Positions 19,877 to 28,456 are shown, counted from the first letter of the stretch. The stretch: DNA of 64,000 nt from an uncultured Alphaproteobacteria bacterium (GCA_910577205.1 CAJTMA010000007.1:5373-69372), one strand, 5' to 3'. Notes: a model not told the origin generated them from the letters alone. Numbers and translations: made by a program.

Positions 19877-20707
19877 TCAATCTGTCAAAGAAAAAGCTGG
19901 GGCTGAGTAGTCTGCTTCTGAATTGTTTTCTGCGCCAATCAACAGCGCTGCTGCTTTGTATCCGGCTTGACGCAAATGCACAGCCCCTTGCCCATCAGCC
20001 TCTAGAGAGTTGCCGATACATAGAATTTTTCCCTGCGCAGGTAATTGTTGAAGTATTTGCCGGTAAGATGCTATATGCGGCTTGCCAAATTCCATCACCT
20101 GCCCACCCAATGAACGGTAATAAGCAAGGATGCTTCGGTTTGACAACACCTCGTGATTATTAATCAGCATTTTATCCGCAAAGGACGGATTACCACAATA
20201 TATGACTTTTTCCTGCTCTCTGGCTTGATGTAAAAAATCAGCAAAAGGTTCTAAAGACGCCGCAAAGCCGAGGTTAGAAAGACCGGGAACATTAATCAGA
20301 TTTTCGGGACGCAGATAAGCCAGAGGCAGCCCCGGAATATCCAGGTAAATAAATTCAGCCATTGTCATCTCCGGCATGAAGATTAATCCCGGCAAAGGGC
20401 GGCTACCAAACAAAAAATAACTAAAATATCCCTGCTGTTGTACATGAGCCATGCAAAGACCGAAAGAGGTGTAAAACAGAAAACCTTTATCTGCCCATTT
20501 CCGCCAATGTGGATTGACAAAATGAGCGGCTGGAAGCAAAGACGAATTGTCATAAATAATAACTTGCTTCCCCTGCTCTGCCAAACCAGCCAATGCGTCC
20601 TCAGCTCCCGGATAAAACGCGCCATCGGGAGATGTCAGAACTCCAGAGCTGCCAATGATAAACGTATCATACGCAGCAAACAAATCAGACAAGTGCGTAT
20701 CAGCCAA
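19877..20707 (-). CDS. HAD-superfamily hydrolase (subfamily IIA-like)
   Basis: 276 aa. N-terminal DxD-like motif (YDTFIIGSSGVL) and the overall HAD IIA pattern. Moderate confidence. Confidence 0.5.
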   Translation of the reverse strand: MADTHLSDLFAAYDTFIIGSSGVLTSPDGAFYPGAEDALAGLAEQGKQVIIYDNSSLLPAAHFVNPHWRKWADKGFLFYTSFGLCMAHVQQQGYFSYFLFGSRPLPGLIFMPEMTMAEFIYLDIPGLPLAYLRPENLINVPGLSNLGFAASLEPFADFLHQAREQEKVIYCGNPSFADKMLINNHEVLSNRSILAYYRSLGGQVMEFGKPHIASYRQILQQLPAQGKILCIGNSLEADGQGAVHLRQAGYKAAALLIGAENNSEADYSAPAFSLTD

Positions 20708-20780
20708 TTATAGATTCTCCCCCTTCTGTATAGACGGGAAGTGTAACACGCGGCTATCAAAAAGTAAACGGGAGAAATGA

Positions 20781-20812
20781 AAAAGCCCCTTTGGGGAAAG
20801 GGGCTTTTTGTT
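20781..20812 (-). terminator. intrinsic terminator downstream of ORF 20930-21184
   Basis: aaaagcccctttggggaaaggggcttttt hairpin with T-run. Confidence 0.5.
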
Positions 20813-20929
20813 CATATCGGGTTGACAGGGAGTGAAAACCCGAATCTGACGTTTTAGACGTCATAGGTACGGTGTTTGTAATGAGCTGATGATGTTGAAA
20901 ATAAACAAAAGCATTGTTTTTTCTCCAGA

Positions 20930-21184
20930 TTACAAACTATAAACGTGTTTACGATAATTTTTTAATGAGGTCTGATACAGCAAAACCGGTGAAGCTTTTT
21001 TCATCCAATCTGCTCCATAAACCTGATTCAACTTAGTTTTATATTCGCGAGTCATTAATTCATCATAAATAGCCTGTTGTTCGTCAGTCAGGCGCGCAAA
21101 AGCATCCTGAAAAGAAATTTTATTTTTTTGGGCAATAACCAAACATAAAGTTTCAATTTCTTTTACAGATTGAGCATTCAGCAT
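20930..21184 (-). CDS. hypothetical protein (84 aa)
   Basis: ORF only. It sits at the left edge of the AT-rich island. Confidence 0.3.
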   Translation of the reverse strand: MLNAQSVKEIETLCLVIAQKNKISFQDAFARLTDEQQAIYDELMTREYKTKLNQVYGADWMKKASPVLLYQTSLKNYRKHVYSL

Positions 21185-21353
21185 TTGTTTAAGTCCTTCT
21201 TTAAGTTGAATAACAAATGCAATATACCACTTTTTGACAATTTCGTCAATAATGTGTTTTTGTCAAATTTGTGAAATTTTTGTTACATAAAGCATCCTAA
21301 TTGAGCTTTGCTGTTTCTTTTCTCGGGTTCTCATCCTACTTGTTCAGACATTA

Positions 21354-21387
21354 AAAAACTCCCCTCTGCTAGAGAGGGGAGTTTTTT
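21354..21387. terminator. bidirectional intrinsic terminator (aaaaaactcccctctgctagagaggggagtttttt)
   Basis: Perfect 9 bp GC-rich stem flanked by A6 and T6. It marks the left edge of the AT-rich island. Confidence 0.65.
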
Positions 21388-21618
21388 AATGGTGATGCAC
21401 TTTGCGAACCCATCGAACTGGTCTAACTGTTCGCAAAATGTTGTATATAAACGCCTTGAGATAGGAATATACTTCTGCGAATCAACCGATTTTTCTCTAG
21501 AATCACTTTTCTCGTATCTCGAACTTATCTAAATTCTAAAATATTTTTTAATATATCAAGAGTAAAATAATTCCTGTATTTTTTTGCATATTTCATAAAT
21601 TTATTTTAACAAATTCGG

Positions 21619-22005
21619 TTACATAATTTTTAAATCTTGTTTTATATTACTTATAAGTTTTTCTATTTTATTATAAATATTTTCATCTGGAGTAGTTTGT
21701 ATTTCTTTTTGCAATCTTATGTATTCTTTTGCGATTTTTGAGGATGCATATAACTTAATATAAGGAACTGTGGAATTTATTTTTTCTTTTACCTCATTGC
21801 AAGGATCGCCTTTAAGAAGCCATTTCAAATCTGTACCTATGGAAATAAGGCAATCAATAGCTTTTAAGTATGTTTCTTCCCGTTTCCTAAGGATATATAT
21901 TTCTTGTTCTCTGGCACTTTTTAGATAATCAATAAACAATGTAAAAAAAGCTGTAATAAGTGAACCAATTATTACACCTATCAAACCAATTATAGCCTCA
22001 TCCAT
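21619..22005 (-). CDS. hypothetical membrane-anchored protein (128 aa, one N-terminal TM)
   Basis: N-terminus IIGLIGVIIGSLITAFFTLFIDYL. Located 30 bp downstream of the NucC-like gene in AT-rich DNA. Confidence 0.4.
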   Translation of the reverse strand: MDEAIIGLIGVIIGSLITAFFTLFIDYLKSAREQEIYILRKREETYLKAIDCLISIGTDLKWLLKGDPCNEVKEKINSTVPYIKLYASSKIAKEYIRLQKEIQTTPDENIYNKIEKLISNIKQDLKIM

Positions 22006-22035
22006 TTCTTTATATCTCCGATATTTAAAATTTTA

Positions 22036-22743
22036 TTATTCAGAAAATCCATTAAAATAACGAGGAATATCCATAGCAGGAACCGTTCCCATTTGCTGTA
22101 ATTGATTTAATAATTCCATAAAAAATGATAATAGATAATGCTCTTTATTATTGCACCAAATGTACTTTCCATTATGGAATTTCCAGCAACAATCTTCAGC
22201 ACAACATCCAATATTCAATAATCCCACATTGTTATTTGAAATATTTTGTTTGATAAGGCATTTTTGCCATGAGTTTCTAGTCGTTAATAAACCACCTAAA
22301 ATAGTATGAGGTGTCCTTCCTTGAGTTTTTATACCAGCATTAAAAATAGAAGCACTTGTACGTTCTAAACTCCGAGCCGATGATACTTTTTTCATAGCGT
22401 ATTCAAAATTTTGTTTATTTAGCTCAGGCTTTACTTCAAATACCGCATAAACACTTTCAGCTGGAATAAAAACATTGTCACGACAGTGGAATAAAAAAGG
22501 TGAGAAATAATTATCAAATATTACAATATCTAATTGCTCACTAAGATTATTATTACAGTCAATTATGAATGCTTTTTTTACATCATAACGTTTAGGTAGA
22601 TGGTCTCTAAATAAATTAAGCCATTGTTCTTCAGTGTAATTTCCATTTTCTCCGGGATGCTCTATAGGATTTTGTATCAGAGAAGCTTTCATAGCTTCTT
22701 GTTTTCCCTTAAATAAGGTTTCCAATGTGACAGAACTCACCAT
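22036..22743 (-). CDS. PD-(D/E)xK restriction-endonuclease-fold protein, NucC-like candidate CBASS effector nuclease
   Basis: 235 aa. Putative catalytic segment LDIVIFDNYF...PAESVYAVFEVKPE (D..D...E-V-K) at residues about 72-105, with a Cys-rich C-terminal half. Start overlaps the upstream nucleotidyltransferase gene by 7 nt. Confidence 0.5.
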   Translation of the reverse strand: MVSSVTLETLFKGKQEAMKASLIQNPIEHPGENGNYTEEQWLNLFRDHLPKRYDVKKAFIIDCNNNLSEQLDIVIFDNYFSPFLFHCRDNVFIPAESVYAVFEVKPELNKQNFEYAMKKVSSARSLERTSASIFNAGIKTQGRTPHTILGGLLTTRNSWQKCLIKQNISNNNVGLLNIGCCAEDCCWKFHNGKYIWCNNKEHYLLSFFMELLNQLQQMGTVPAMDIPRYFNGFSE

Positions 22744-23525
22744 ATAATATCTCTCCAGTTTAATCCACCTAAAATAGTCAATCTATTATTTAGGCAATTA
22801 ACCGCTGTTTTTTGAATTATTAGCTTTTCTTGGCGGTTTAACTCATTTGAAATGATATTAGCAGAATTTCCAGGATCTATTATGATATCATCAATAAAAT
22901 CAGTAGCAAAATAATTTAAAACTTTAGTGAATTTTTCCTCAATATTATAAGCCCTATTATATTTTAAGGCATTTATTGTTGCAAATTCAATTAATACAGA
23001 AGGGCATTCAATAGAATGACAATTTCTCCATATTTTAACTAATTTAATAACATCCTGATAAAAAGATTTTTGTATAGTATTGATTTGTAAGCTGACATTA
23101 GTCTGTGTCCGTCGTCCCGTTTTGGATTGATATAGCCAATGGTAACTAGAACCATAAGGCTGTGCTTTAGCTGGGACTAAATCGACATTAATTGGTTGAC
23201 CATTCTTATTTAAATCAATACCAATAGAAACATTTTGTTTCCTTGGATGAAAATTTTTTTCAACCATTTTATTATATAATGTATCGTAAATATCTTCACA
23301 GCTAGTTGGACACTCGTGTTTTATAGATATAAAAATATCAATATCCGATTTTCCTTTTATGGAAGTTCCTTTAGCAGAGGAACCAGATAAAAATATATCT
23401 CTGATATAAGTATTACCCCATTCAGTTAGAGTAGGACGCAAAAATGCTAACACTTCATTATAGAGGTAAGTGTTATTTACATAATATTTTTGTAATACTT
23501 CGTTTAGATAAGACATTTGCTTCAT
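22737..23525 (-). CDS. minimal CD-NTase/SMODS-like nucleotidyltransferase (candidate cyclic-oligonucleotide synthase)
   Basis: 262 aa. GSSAKGTSIKGKSDIDIF fits GS-x11-DhDh (Pol-beta/cGAS-DncV-like NTase motif). The third acidic residue lies in NVDLVPA. A downstream LVKIWRN helix follows. Confidence 0.55.
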   Translation of the reverse strand: MKQMSYLNEVLQKYYVNNTYLYNEVLAFLRPTLTEWGNTYIRDIFLSGSSAKGTSIKGKSDIDIFISIKHECPTSCEDIYDTLYNKMVEKNFHPRKQNVSIGIDLNKNGQPINVDLVPAKAQPYGSSYHWLYQSKTGRRTQTNVSLQINTIQKSFYQDVIKLVKIWRNCHSIECPSVLIEFATINALKYNRAYNIEEKFTKVLNYFATDFIDDIIIDPGNSANIISNELNRQEKLIIQKTAVNCLNNRLTILGGLNWRDIIW

Positions 23526-23604
23526 CCTAATGATATTAATCGTATATATTTATATTATTAAAATAAAGATACAAGCTTCAAATCTTTTTTGAGAGGTGTT
23601 GTAT

Positions 23605-23982
23605 CTAGTCATCTAGACCGTTACTTTTGAGGAATTCTTTGAGCCTTTCCCGGTTTTCATTTTCCTGATCACCCTTATAATAAATCTCAATAAATGAAAT
23701 CAGTTGTTTTTCTTCTTCCCAAACAAAAATAACCCGAATGCCAGATGCAGCTCCTTTTCCCTTTAACGACATACATGAGAATTTACGAACTTTATTTGCT
23801 GTATAATTTTCTCCGCAACACCCTTCTATTGGAACAATGGCATTAGAAACTATTTTATGAATATACAAGGCTTCAATACTGGCCCTTTTCATAATTTCAA
23901 AATCATTAGGTAAAGTTCTGAAGCGTTTTGTGAGTTTCTTAAAATCTTTATCAAATTCAGGAATAGTCAGATAGTTAAGCAT
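23605..23982 (-). CDS. RelE/ParE-superfamily toxin (PanT-like candidate)
   Basis: C-terminal GIRVIFVWEEEKQLISFIEIYYKGDQEN matches the RelE/ParE hallmark. Start chosen at MLNYLTIPEF. The ORF track extends further upstream, so the start is uncertain. Confidence 0.55.
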   Translation of the reverse strand: MLNYLTIPEFDKDFKKLTKRFRTLPNDFEIMKRASIEALYIHKIVSNAIVPIEGCCGENYTANKVRKFSCMSLKGKGAASGIRVIFVWEEEKQLISFIEIYYKGDQENENRERLKEFLKSNGLDD

Positions 23983-24748
23983 ATTCTTCGTCATACTCCC
24001 GTTGAGATGTCTCGGCAGTTCTATAAAAAACGCTTTCATATTCAAGAATTTCCTTGTCCTTTGCAATAATCCAAGGAATGTCTTTATGGGAAAAATCAGA
24101 TAACTCTTTACCTGTTTTATCTGATAGACGTTCTAGTTCTTTATCAATATGTCTTAATTCTTGGGCAGAAAGCAAAGATAAATTAGGCTCCTTAATTGGA
24201 AGATATTTCGTTTGATCTTTCTTAAAATATTTTGTTTTAACTTCTTCTAGTTCTCCGTTTTTTTCCATTTCCTGAATAAGTTTTGCAAAATCCACAGGAG
24301 TAGGACCGTAAGTGTTTTTAATATATTTTAACCCCATAAGCTGTTCCTCATAAAGCTCATAATAGTCAAAATCAATAAAATATAACAACTTATAAATAAC
24401 GGTTTGACCAACATTAGGTTTGGCACCAACTTTATTAAGAATATAAAGTAAAACTTGTTTAAATTTTGTAATATTTTCCCGAGGAATATCAATACGAATA
24501 TCGTTTTGAGTGGAGGAAACAACTTTTTCTATAATGTTATATGTCGGCCTGTTTGGCATTTTATTATCAATAATACACGAGTAATCGACATCAAAAATAT
24601 CCGCTAATTTTTTAATGATATCGATGGGAAGATTGTTTTCTCCATTTTCATATTTGCTTAAGGTTTGGCGCGTTATTCCTAACTGAGACGCCAAATCGTC
24701 CTGTGAGATATTTTTTTCGTCTCTCAGGACTTTCAAAATTTTAAACAT
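23975..24748 (-). CDS. HTH-XRE plus Panacea (DUF4065) domain antitoxin-like protein (PanA-like)
   Basis: 257 aa. N-terminal HTH_3 (LASQLGITRQTLSKYENGEN). Central KLLYFIDFDYY...YGPTPVDF resembles the DUF4065/SocA-type signature. Confidence 0.6.
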   Translation of the reverse strand: MFKILKVLRDEKNISQDDLASQLGITRQTLSKYENGENNLPIDIIKKLADIFDVDYSCIIDNKMPNRPTYNIIEKVVSSTQNDIRIDIPRENITKFKQVLLYILNKVGAKPNVGQTVIYKLLYFIDFDYYELYEEQLMGLKYIKNTYGPTPVDFAKLIQEMEKNGELEEVKTKYFKKDQTKYLPIKEPNLSLLSAQELRHIDKELERLSDKTGKELSDFSHKDIPWIIAKDKEILEYESVFYRTAETSQREYDEEYA

Positions 24749-24791
24749 TTTAAGCTCCTATTTATTATTTATTTGAATATAATACAAAAAC

Positions 24792-24815
24792 GTTAAAATG
24801 TCAATATATTTTAAC
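24792..24815. promoter_or_regulatory. inverted repeat gttaaaat-N8-attttaac upstream of the HTH-Panacea gene (putative autoregulatory operator)
   Basis: Perfect 8 bp arms in the promoter region, with a ttgaatataat -10-like element nearby. Confidence 0.3.
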
Positions 24816-24942
24816 ACATAGGTGTAAGCGGAGTTTAACTTGAATTTGTAGATAAAAAACTCAACCAATCTTTAGGAATGCAAATACTTTTTAATTTTTT
24901 ATATCCGTATTGTATCAAATAATATATTATAAAAAATCTTTC

Positions 24943-26337
24943 CTATTCATCATTTGATAAATATTCCATTTTTTGTTTTAAGTATGGAATTATTCTTTGA
25001 GCATCTATTCCAAATCTACTATCAAGATCATCATGCAGTTGATATACCTTATGATAATCAGTTAGTTCTTTTAGAATTTCATCTTGTGTTATTGGCGTAT
25101 TGGGATTAGTTTGCTTTTCGATATTAAGTTGAGTATTTTTTTCTTTCAACTCATTAATTTTTTTGCATAGATCATTAAAAGGAATCATAGCCATCATTAA
25201 ACAATGTTTTAAACATTTTATATTTTGATCATTTGCATTAACTATTTTTTCAAGTTCCTTCCATAAATCATAAAAAGATATTCTTTCTATGTTTTGGTAG
25301 ATTGAGTATTTTTTATGTTTTAAAACCATTAAGAGTGCAAGTATAGGGCTCATTTTTAAATAATTATCAGGTACAACTTTTTGTATAATTGCAATATCTG
25401 TAAAACATTGGCTTATTTCTCGTAACGATAAATTATACCCATCTGCCAAAATAGAAAAATAATCACAATAACAATTCCATCCGTTTATTATACTATTAGC
25501 ATCATAAGCTTTTTGATTTTTTATACCAAATTTATTCATTAATACTTTGCAAAAAGCTTTTCTATTAGGTTTGGGTAAATGTAATTCTAAATCAACAAAT
25601 CTTTTAAGATAGCCTTCACTATCCATATCAGAACCATATAAAGCTGAAATAGTATGTTTTAATTGTGTCCTATCAATTCCTAAAATAAATATGACATTAG
25701 GGATATCAAATATATGTTTAATTGTTTCTAATACTTCAACAGCATATGTTGGACGACATCTTTCTAATTCATCGACAAATATAAACAGTTTATTATCTTT
25801 TATTTTCTCACAAAGCGTATTTCGGAAATCATTGATAAGTTTTTGTTTGGCTTCATATTGTTCAATTTTATTATCGGGATTTACAATTTGTAATAGCTTA
25901 TCTAATGTACTTTCAGGTCCGCCAACACATTCAATAATCAAATTGCCACAATTTTTTATAGACTTTAATAGTCCTATACTTTTTTCTTTGAGTATTGTAC
26001 CAATACTTTCTGGGAATGAATCTATAATTGTTTTTATAAATGGAACCATAGGGTCTTTTTCCCAATCTGTATTCCATGCATTAAAAAAAGCAACCTGATA
26101 TCCATCTTTTTTTAATTGTTCTCGCCATCTGCTCAGAAAAAAACTTTTTCCCATGCCATATGAAGCATCTACAGAAACGACAAAAGGTTGTTCAACATCC
26201 GCTAATATGCGGGTAAAATCTTCCGCAACTTCTTTGCGGTTAAGAATATCATCTTTCCAAATATCTTGTGTATCAATTTCTAGATCCTGAATTTTTTGGC
26301 AAATACTCATATCGTTTCCTTTTATTGCTATCAACAT
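24943..26337 (-). CDS. KAP-family P-loop NTPase
   Basis: 464 aa. Walker A SYGMGKSFF followed by the FNAW motif typical of KAP NTPases, then a Walker B region IFVDELERC. Confidence 0.7.
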   Translation of the reverse strand: MLIAIKGNDMSICQKIQDLEIDTQDIWKDDILNRKEVAEDFTRILADVEQPFVVSVDASYGMGKSFFLSRWREQLKKDGYQVAFFNAWNTDWEKDPMVPFIKTIIDSFPESIGTILKEKSIGLLKSIKNCGNLIIECVGGPESTLDKLLQIVNPDNKIEQYEAKQKLINDFRNTLCEKIKDNKLFIFVDELERCRPTYAVEVLETIKHIFDIPNVIFILGIDRTQLKHTISALYGSDMDSEGYLKRFVDLELHLPKPNRKAFCKVLMNKFGIKNQKAYDANSIINGWNCYCDYFSILADGYNLSLREISQCFTDIAIIQKVVPDNYLKMSPILALLMVLKHKKYSIYQNIERISFYDLWKELEKIVNANDQNIKCLKHCLMMAMIPFNDLCKKINELKEKNTQLNIEKQTNPNTPITQDEILKELTDYHKVYQLHDDLDSRFGIDAQRIIPYLKQKMEYLSNDE

Positions 26338-26409
26338 CTGTTAAATTAACACAAAATTTTATCTGATAAACTTTAATTTATTAGATATTAAAAGCTTTGT
26401 AGCTAAAAC

Positions 26410-27715
26410 AGCACCAGATTTGGTGCTGTTTAATAATAGATATTCCTTTGAAATACAATAAAATTCTCTTGTAAATATTAATGCAAAGGAGAATAAAAAT
26501 GGGAATGTCAAAATTTACTCAGGAAATTAAAAGTGAAATTGCAGAAAAATACAAAAAAGGAGCGGATGTTATTTTGTTGTGCCAAGAATATGGCATCTCC
26601 AGAAGTTACCTATACAGGATTGTCAAGCTAAAAAAGAAACATCGAAATCCGCATCAAAAAAGCACATATACCCTCTGGGATATAGAATTTATGAAAAGAG
26701 AGTTGATGACGCTTAAAACAGAAAATGAGATTTTCAGAAAAAGCGGTTGTGGATTGAGTGCTTCTAATGATGAGAAAATAGCCGTAGTTGAAAAGTTAAA
26801 AGATGAATATTCCATACATATCATTTGTAAAACGTTAGGATTACTAAAATCAACATATTATCACAGAATAATGAGGGCTCCGGAAAAGAAATGGTATGAA
26901 ATTCGCAATGAAACGCTTAAGCCCGAGATTCTTGAAATATTTAAAGAGAGCAAAGAACGTTTCGGAGCTCCCAAGATAAAAATAAAATTGGAAGAAAAGG
27001 GGATCGCGGCAAGTATTGAAACTGTTGCGAAACTAATGAAAGAAATGGGATTGATTTGCAAACAGAATTGTGTAAAGAAACATAATCCGACAAAAAACTA
27101 TTATGCATCTCCTCTAAACATATTAGAACGAAATTTCAATCCGGATGCTCCAAACAAGTGTTGGGTAAGCGACATCTCTTATATGAATACTGATGGAGGA
27201 TGTTGTTATATCTGTGTTGTGTTGGAGCTTTTTTCAAGAAAAGTTATTGCATATAATGTTTCTGACAGAATTGATACAGATTTGGTTTTAACAACTTTTG
27301 ACAAAGCGTATTTTGACAGGGGCAATCCTAAAAATCTGATTTTTCATTCAGACCAAGGAACACAATATACTTCTTCTAGATTCCAATATGCCTTACAGAA
27401 GAACAATGTTCGTCAATCGCTTTCAAAACCGGGAACGCCGTATGACAATGCGGTAATGGAACGATTTTTCAAATCGATAAAATATGAGTGTTTAAAACAT
27501 AAAACCTTTCAAAACATAGATGAATTGAGGACAACTGTTGAAGAATATATAAATTATTACAACGGAATGAGACCGATGAAAACGCGGGAAAATCTGCCTC
27601 CTAATGAATTTGAACGGCGATATTTTGAGAAAACGGCGTGTTAAGATTATGATTTAAACGAATAAAGCTCCGTAAAACGGAGCTTTATTTTGTAGACCTA
27701 GTCTACTAAAAAGAG
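26410..27715 (+). mobile_element. IS3-family insertion sequence (approximate boundaries)
   Basis: Contains a single fused transposase ORF. Terminal inverted repeats could not be defined by eye; both flanks share a ttgtag motif. Confidence 0.35.
26481..27644 (+). CDS. IS3-family transposase (fused OrfAB, HTH plus DDE/rve integrase core)
   Basis: 387 aa. N-terminal HTH and leucine zipper (ELMTLKTENEIF), HTH_21-like region (ERFGAPKIKIKLEEKGIAASIETVAKLMKEMGL), and a DDE core (WVSDISY, HSDQGTQYTS, MERFFKSIKYE). Confidence 0.8.
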   Translation: MQRRIKMGMSKFTQEIKSEIAEKYKKGADVILLCQEYGISRSYLYRIVKLKKKHRNPHQKSTYTLWDIEFMKRELMTLKTENEIFRKSGCGLSASNDEKIAVVEKLKDEYSIHIICKTLGLLKSTYYHRIMRAPEKKWYEIRNETLKPEILEIFKESKERFGAPKIKIKLEEKGIAASIETVAKLMKEMGLICKQNCVKKHNPTKNYYASPLNILERNFNPDAPNKCWVSDISYMNTDGGCCYICVVLELFSRKVIAYNVSDRIDTDLVLTTFDKAYFDRGNPKNLIFHSDQGTQYTSSRFQYALQKNNVRQSLSKPGTPYDNAVMERFFKSIKYECLKHKTFQNIDELRTTVEEYINYYNGMRPMKTRENLPPNEFERRYFEKTAC

Positions 27716-27740
27716 TCTAAAAAAGCCTCTTACTTACAAA

Positions 27741-27816
27741 TGGTGAGCGCGTCGGGATTCGAACCCGAGACCCTTTGATTAAAAGTCAAATGCTCTACCA
27801 GCTGAGCTACGCACCC
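27741..27816 (-). tRNA. tRNA-Lys (anticodon TTT)
   Basis: Manual fold: acceptor GGGTGCG/CGCGCTC, D-arm GCTC..GAGC, anticodon stem TTTGA/TCAAA with loop CTTTTAA, T-arm TCGGG-TTCGAAT-CCCGA, and an encoded 3' CCA. Confidence 0.85.
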
Positions 27817-27988
27817 GTTAATTGAGATGAACTCAAACAACGAAGTGATATATAGAAGATAAAAAACACTTAGTCAACATAAAAAATGAAATTTATGCAA
27901 AAAAAATAAAATGTAGTATATTTGTTAATAATTATATGCTATCGTTTTTTCAAATTTTGATATTTTAACCAATTGAGGCAGGTAAATT

Positions 27989-28303
27989 ATGGTTCAAGCT
28001 AATAATTCCGAACAAGAAGGCAAATATGATATTTTGCAGAATGCAGCCGGCGAAATCCTAATTATCATCAAATATCATCAAGGAGGCCCGGAAAATCCGC
28101 GTTTCGTATATGATGGCGGTTCAACAGCTCTGCTTTATCGCAGCCGTGAAAGCGCAATTATGTTGGATAATATTAATGATAAAGCCAAAATGCCTTTGAA
28201 ATCCGTCAACGAGTTGTTGATTGTTGAAATTGAGGACGATGATGTGGCTCGTGAATATAAAGTTCCGGTCAGACATATTCAAAGCTTGGATAGATTTCTT
28301 TAA
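27989..28303 (+). CDS. hypothetical protein (104 aa)
   Basis: ORF followed by a strong terminator. No recognisable domain. Confidence 0.4.
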   Translation: MVQANNSEQEGKYDILQNAAGEILIIIKYHQGGPENPRFVYDGGSTALLYRSRESAIMLDNINDKAKMPLKSVNELLIVEIEDDDVAREYKVPVRHIQSLDRFL

Positions 28304-28310
28304 GCCATCT

Positions 28311-28347
28311 AAAAAAACACCCTGTATTAATACAGGGTGTTTTTTTA
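28311..28347. terminator. bidirectional terminator (aaaaaaacaccctgtattaatacagggtgttttttt)
   Basis: Perfect 11 bp stem flanked by A7 and T7. Confidence 0.65.
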
Positions 28348-28456
28348 TGGTTCAAAGAGCTGGCAGATGCAAATATTTCAGCTCAACTACAGGACTTGCA
28401 AGGCCTTAAGACTTGATGGACAAAGAGCAAAATGGTTTTGCTTTGCCGGTAGAAAT

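Noticed and set aside
21388-21440. Possible degenerate direct repeat of the tRNA-Lys 3' end (tggtga...gcgaaccc) at the distal island edge, containing a tttgcgaac/gttcgcaaa inverted repeat
   Set aside because: Only scattered matches to the tRNA 3' sequence (tggtga, gaaccc). Insufficient to call an att site without alignment statistics. Mentioned only as a lead.
21308-21532. 74 aa + strand ORF
   Set aside because: It spans the strong bidirectional terminator at 21354-21387 and lacks an RBS. Unlikely to be coding.
26481-27644. Expected -1 programmed frameshift (A AAA AAG type) in the IS3 transposase
   Set aside because: The reading frame is continuous across the OrfA/OrfB junction. No frameshift is needed to produce the full transposase.
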